A stretch of DNA of 64,000 nucleotides, from NCBI GenBank assembly GCA_013239625.1, contig MU054117.1:1486011-1550010 (forward strand), in the 5' to 3' direction. Shown here piece after piece: positions 62,368-64,000 of the stretch. The position numbers and the translations under genes were made by a program. Under the pieces are notes generated by a model that worked only from the letters and a program-made list of their open reading frames with translations, made no database searches and was not told where the DNA came from. Position 1 is the first letter of the stretch, and every line of letters begins with the position of its first letter. This stretch comes from Lama guanicoe. Lineage: Eukaryota.

Positions 62368-64000
62368 TCCAAATCTGCCATTTTTCTTTTAACATTGTTT
62401 AACATAGTTTATGTCAATTTTAAATAGAGAAGTTTTTAAATACAAAGAATCTTTTTTTTTATAGTTTCTGGTTTGGGTATTATGCTGAGCAAGCAGTGAA
62501 CTTTCAATTATAGTAGTCTTCAAACTCTTGAAAAACACTGGTTTTTCTTATAAAAATTAAATTGATAATAAAACATCATGTATTTGAATTCATGAATATG
62601 AGTTTTTAAATACATTTAACTGCCAGCATCACACTGTAAGATTCTTAACAGTTGCTGGGGTTCAAAAATTCTTCATAAAAATATGTGTGAAAATGCTAAT
62701 TCTCTGAAGTCTATAATCAACCCCTAGCTCCATTCTTTACCTTTGGAAGTCCAACAATCCAGATAAATCCTGAGCAAAATTACCCCAAGGGAACTATCAG
62801 AAGTTAAATTCAACAATGAAACTGATTTCTAGGTACAACTGTTCTTTGTCTTCTGGACATTCATCCCCAGATTCATTCAAGCCAGGAGAAGCAGGTGTTG
62901 ACGAGGGCTAAGAGTCTCACTCACACTGCAGCACTCGGGGCTAAGCCAGGACAGCAGTGACGACTGTGGTCAAGAAGAACACAGCTACTGCCGCGCCTGC
63001 TCCTTCAGCTCTGCTCACGCCCCGCAGCCAAGGAGGCTACACAGCAATCCTCCCCACTAAGGGTGGAGATCAACACCCCTACTCCAGGCTACATTCCAGC
63101 CAGCTGCACTGTGTCACAACTCCTGCCAGCTCCCCTGGAGAAGAGAGGCGCACCAAGCTAGGAGCCAGGCTGCTCTTTCTCGAGCATGTTCACACAGGAG
63201 GTGAAGTGAGCGTACTTGCACAGATCACAGACCTTTACCAGGATCAGCCAGAAAAGACACGCTGAATTTAGCAGGAAGATCTCAGATGTCAGATGTCAGG
63301 GAAGCTTCTATTTGGGAATTCCACTCAGGACACTCTCCAAAATGATCTCCCACTTCTCACGTCCCCGGTTCTCCACAGACGCTCACTAAGCCACTTCCCT
63401 TCACTCTAGCACTCAGCGTGAACTGGGAGACTGGGAAAGCCCCTGCTTCAAATCCACCCCCAGGACTGTGCTGCAATTACACCAAACTGTATGTCAATGA
63501 AATGGTAGGGTATTGTGAGCAACACTAATGAGAATTCTTAAATCTCTGGTAGGGATCATGACCTTTTCTAGAAAGACACATCTGCAAAAACAACAAAAGA
63601 TCACAACAACACTTCAGATATTTCAAATAAACATCAAAAGCTCTTTTGAGGCAAAACCTCTATCATTAGTTTTTTCGAGCAAGAGAATGCTTTGACCCAG
63701 TTTACCCTGATTTCCAAGATGACAGAACCATGTAGTCCAGAGATAGTTTAGTCAGAGAAAGAGAATACTATGCAGACATGAAAATGGTCCTCATCACAGA
63801 GAACTCAGTGCACTATTTGTCAAGATGACCATTAGAAAAACATATCAGTAGAGCACCCTATTATACTAAATTGAGAACAATTTTTTTCTGAAACATGTAA
63901 CTACATACATTGGTCAACTTAGTGCAAGATGCAAACAAGTTTATAATAATTCTTCCTAAAGACACTCAAGTCAGTCCTCAAGTTCTTCACTGTTCTGATC

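Overview
Mammalian intron-rich genomic DNA, probably camelid (inferred from the short tRNA-derived SINEs of vic-1 type; no Alu, BovB/Bov-tA or Can-SINE recognised). The whole window lies inside one minus-strand gene, ERC1 (ELKS1/CAST2/RAB6IP2). Nine internal coding exons, approximately exons 3-11 by human numbering recalled from memory, can be placed with GT-AG boundaries. All are phase 0 and total 1488 nt / 496 aa of coiled coil. The introns hold L1 fragments (some nested, several with target-site duplications), SINEs, MIR/L2 relics, DNA-transposon fossils, solo LTRs and several tandem repeats. I found no separate new gene or novel system. The best leads concern ERC1 RNA processing: a composite exon 6 with a possible internal start and promoter, inverted SINEs bracketing a stop-free exon, candidate recursive splice sites, and a Chi-containing minisatellite resembling the adjacent exon-intron junction. 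Repeat family names come from recalled consensus sequences and repeat boundaries are approximate.
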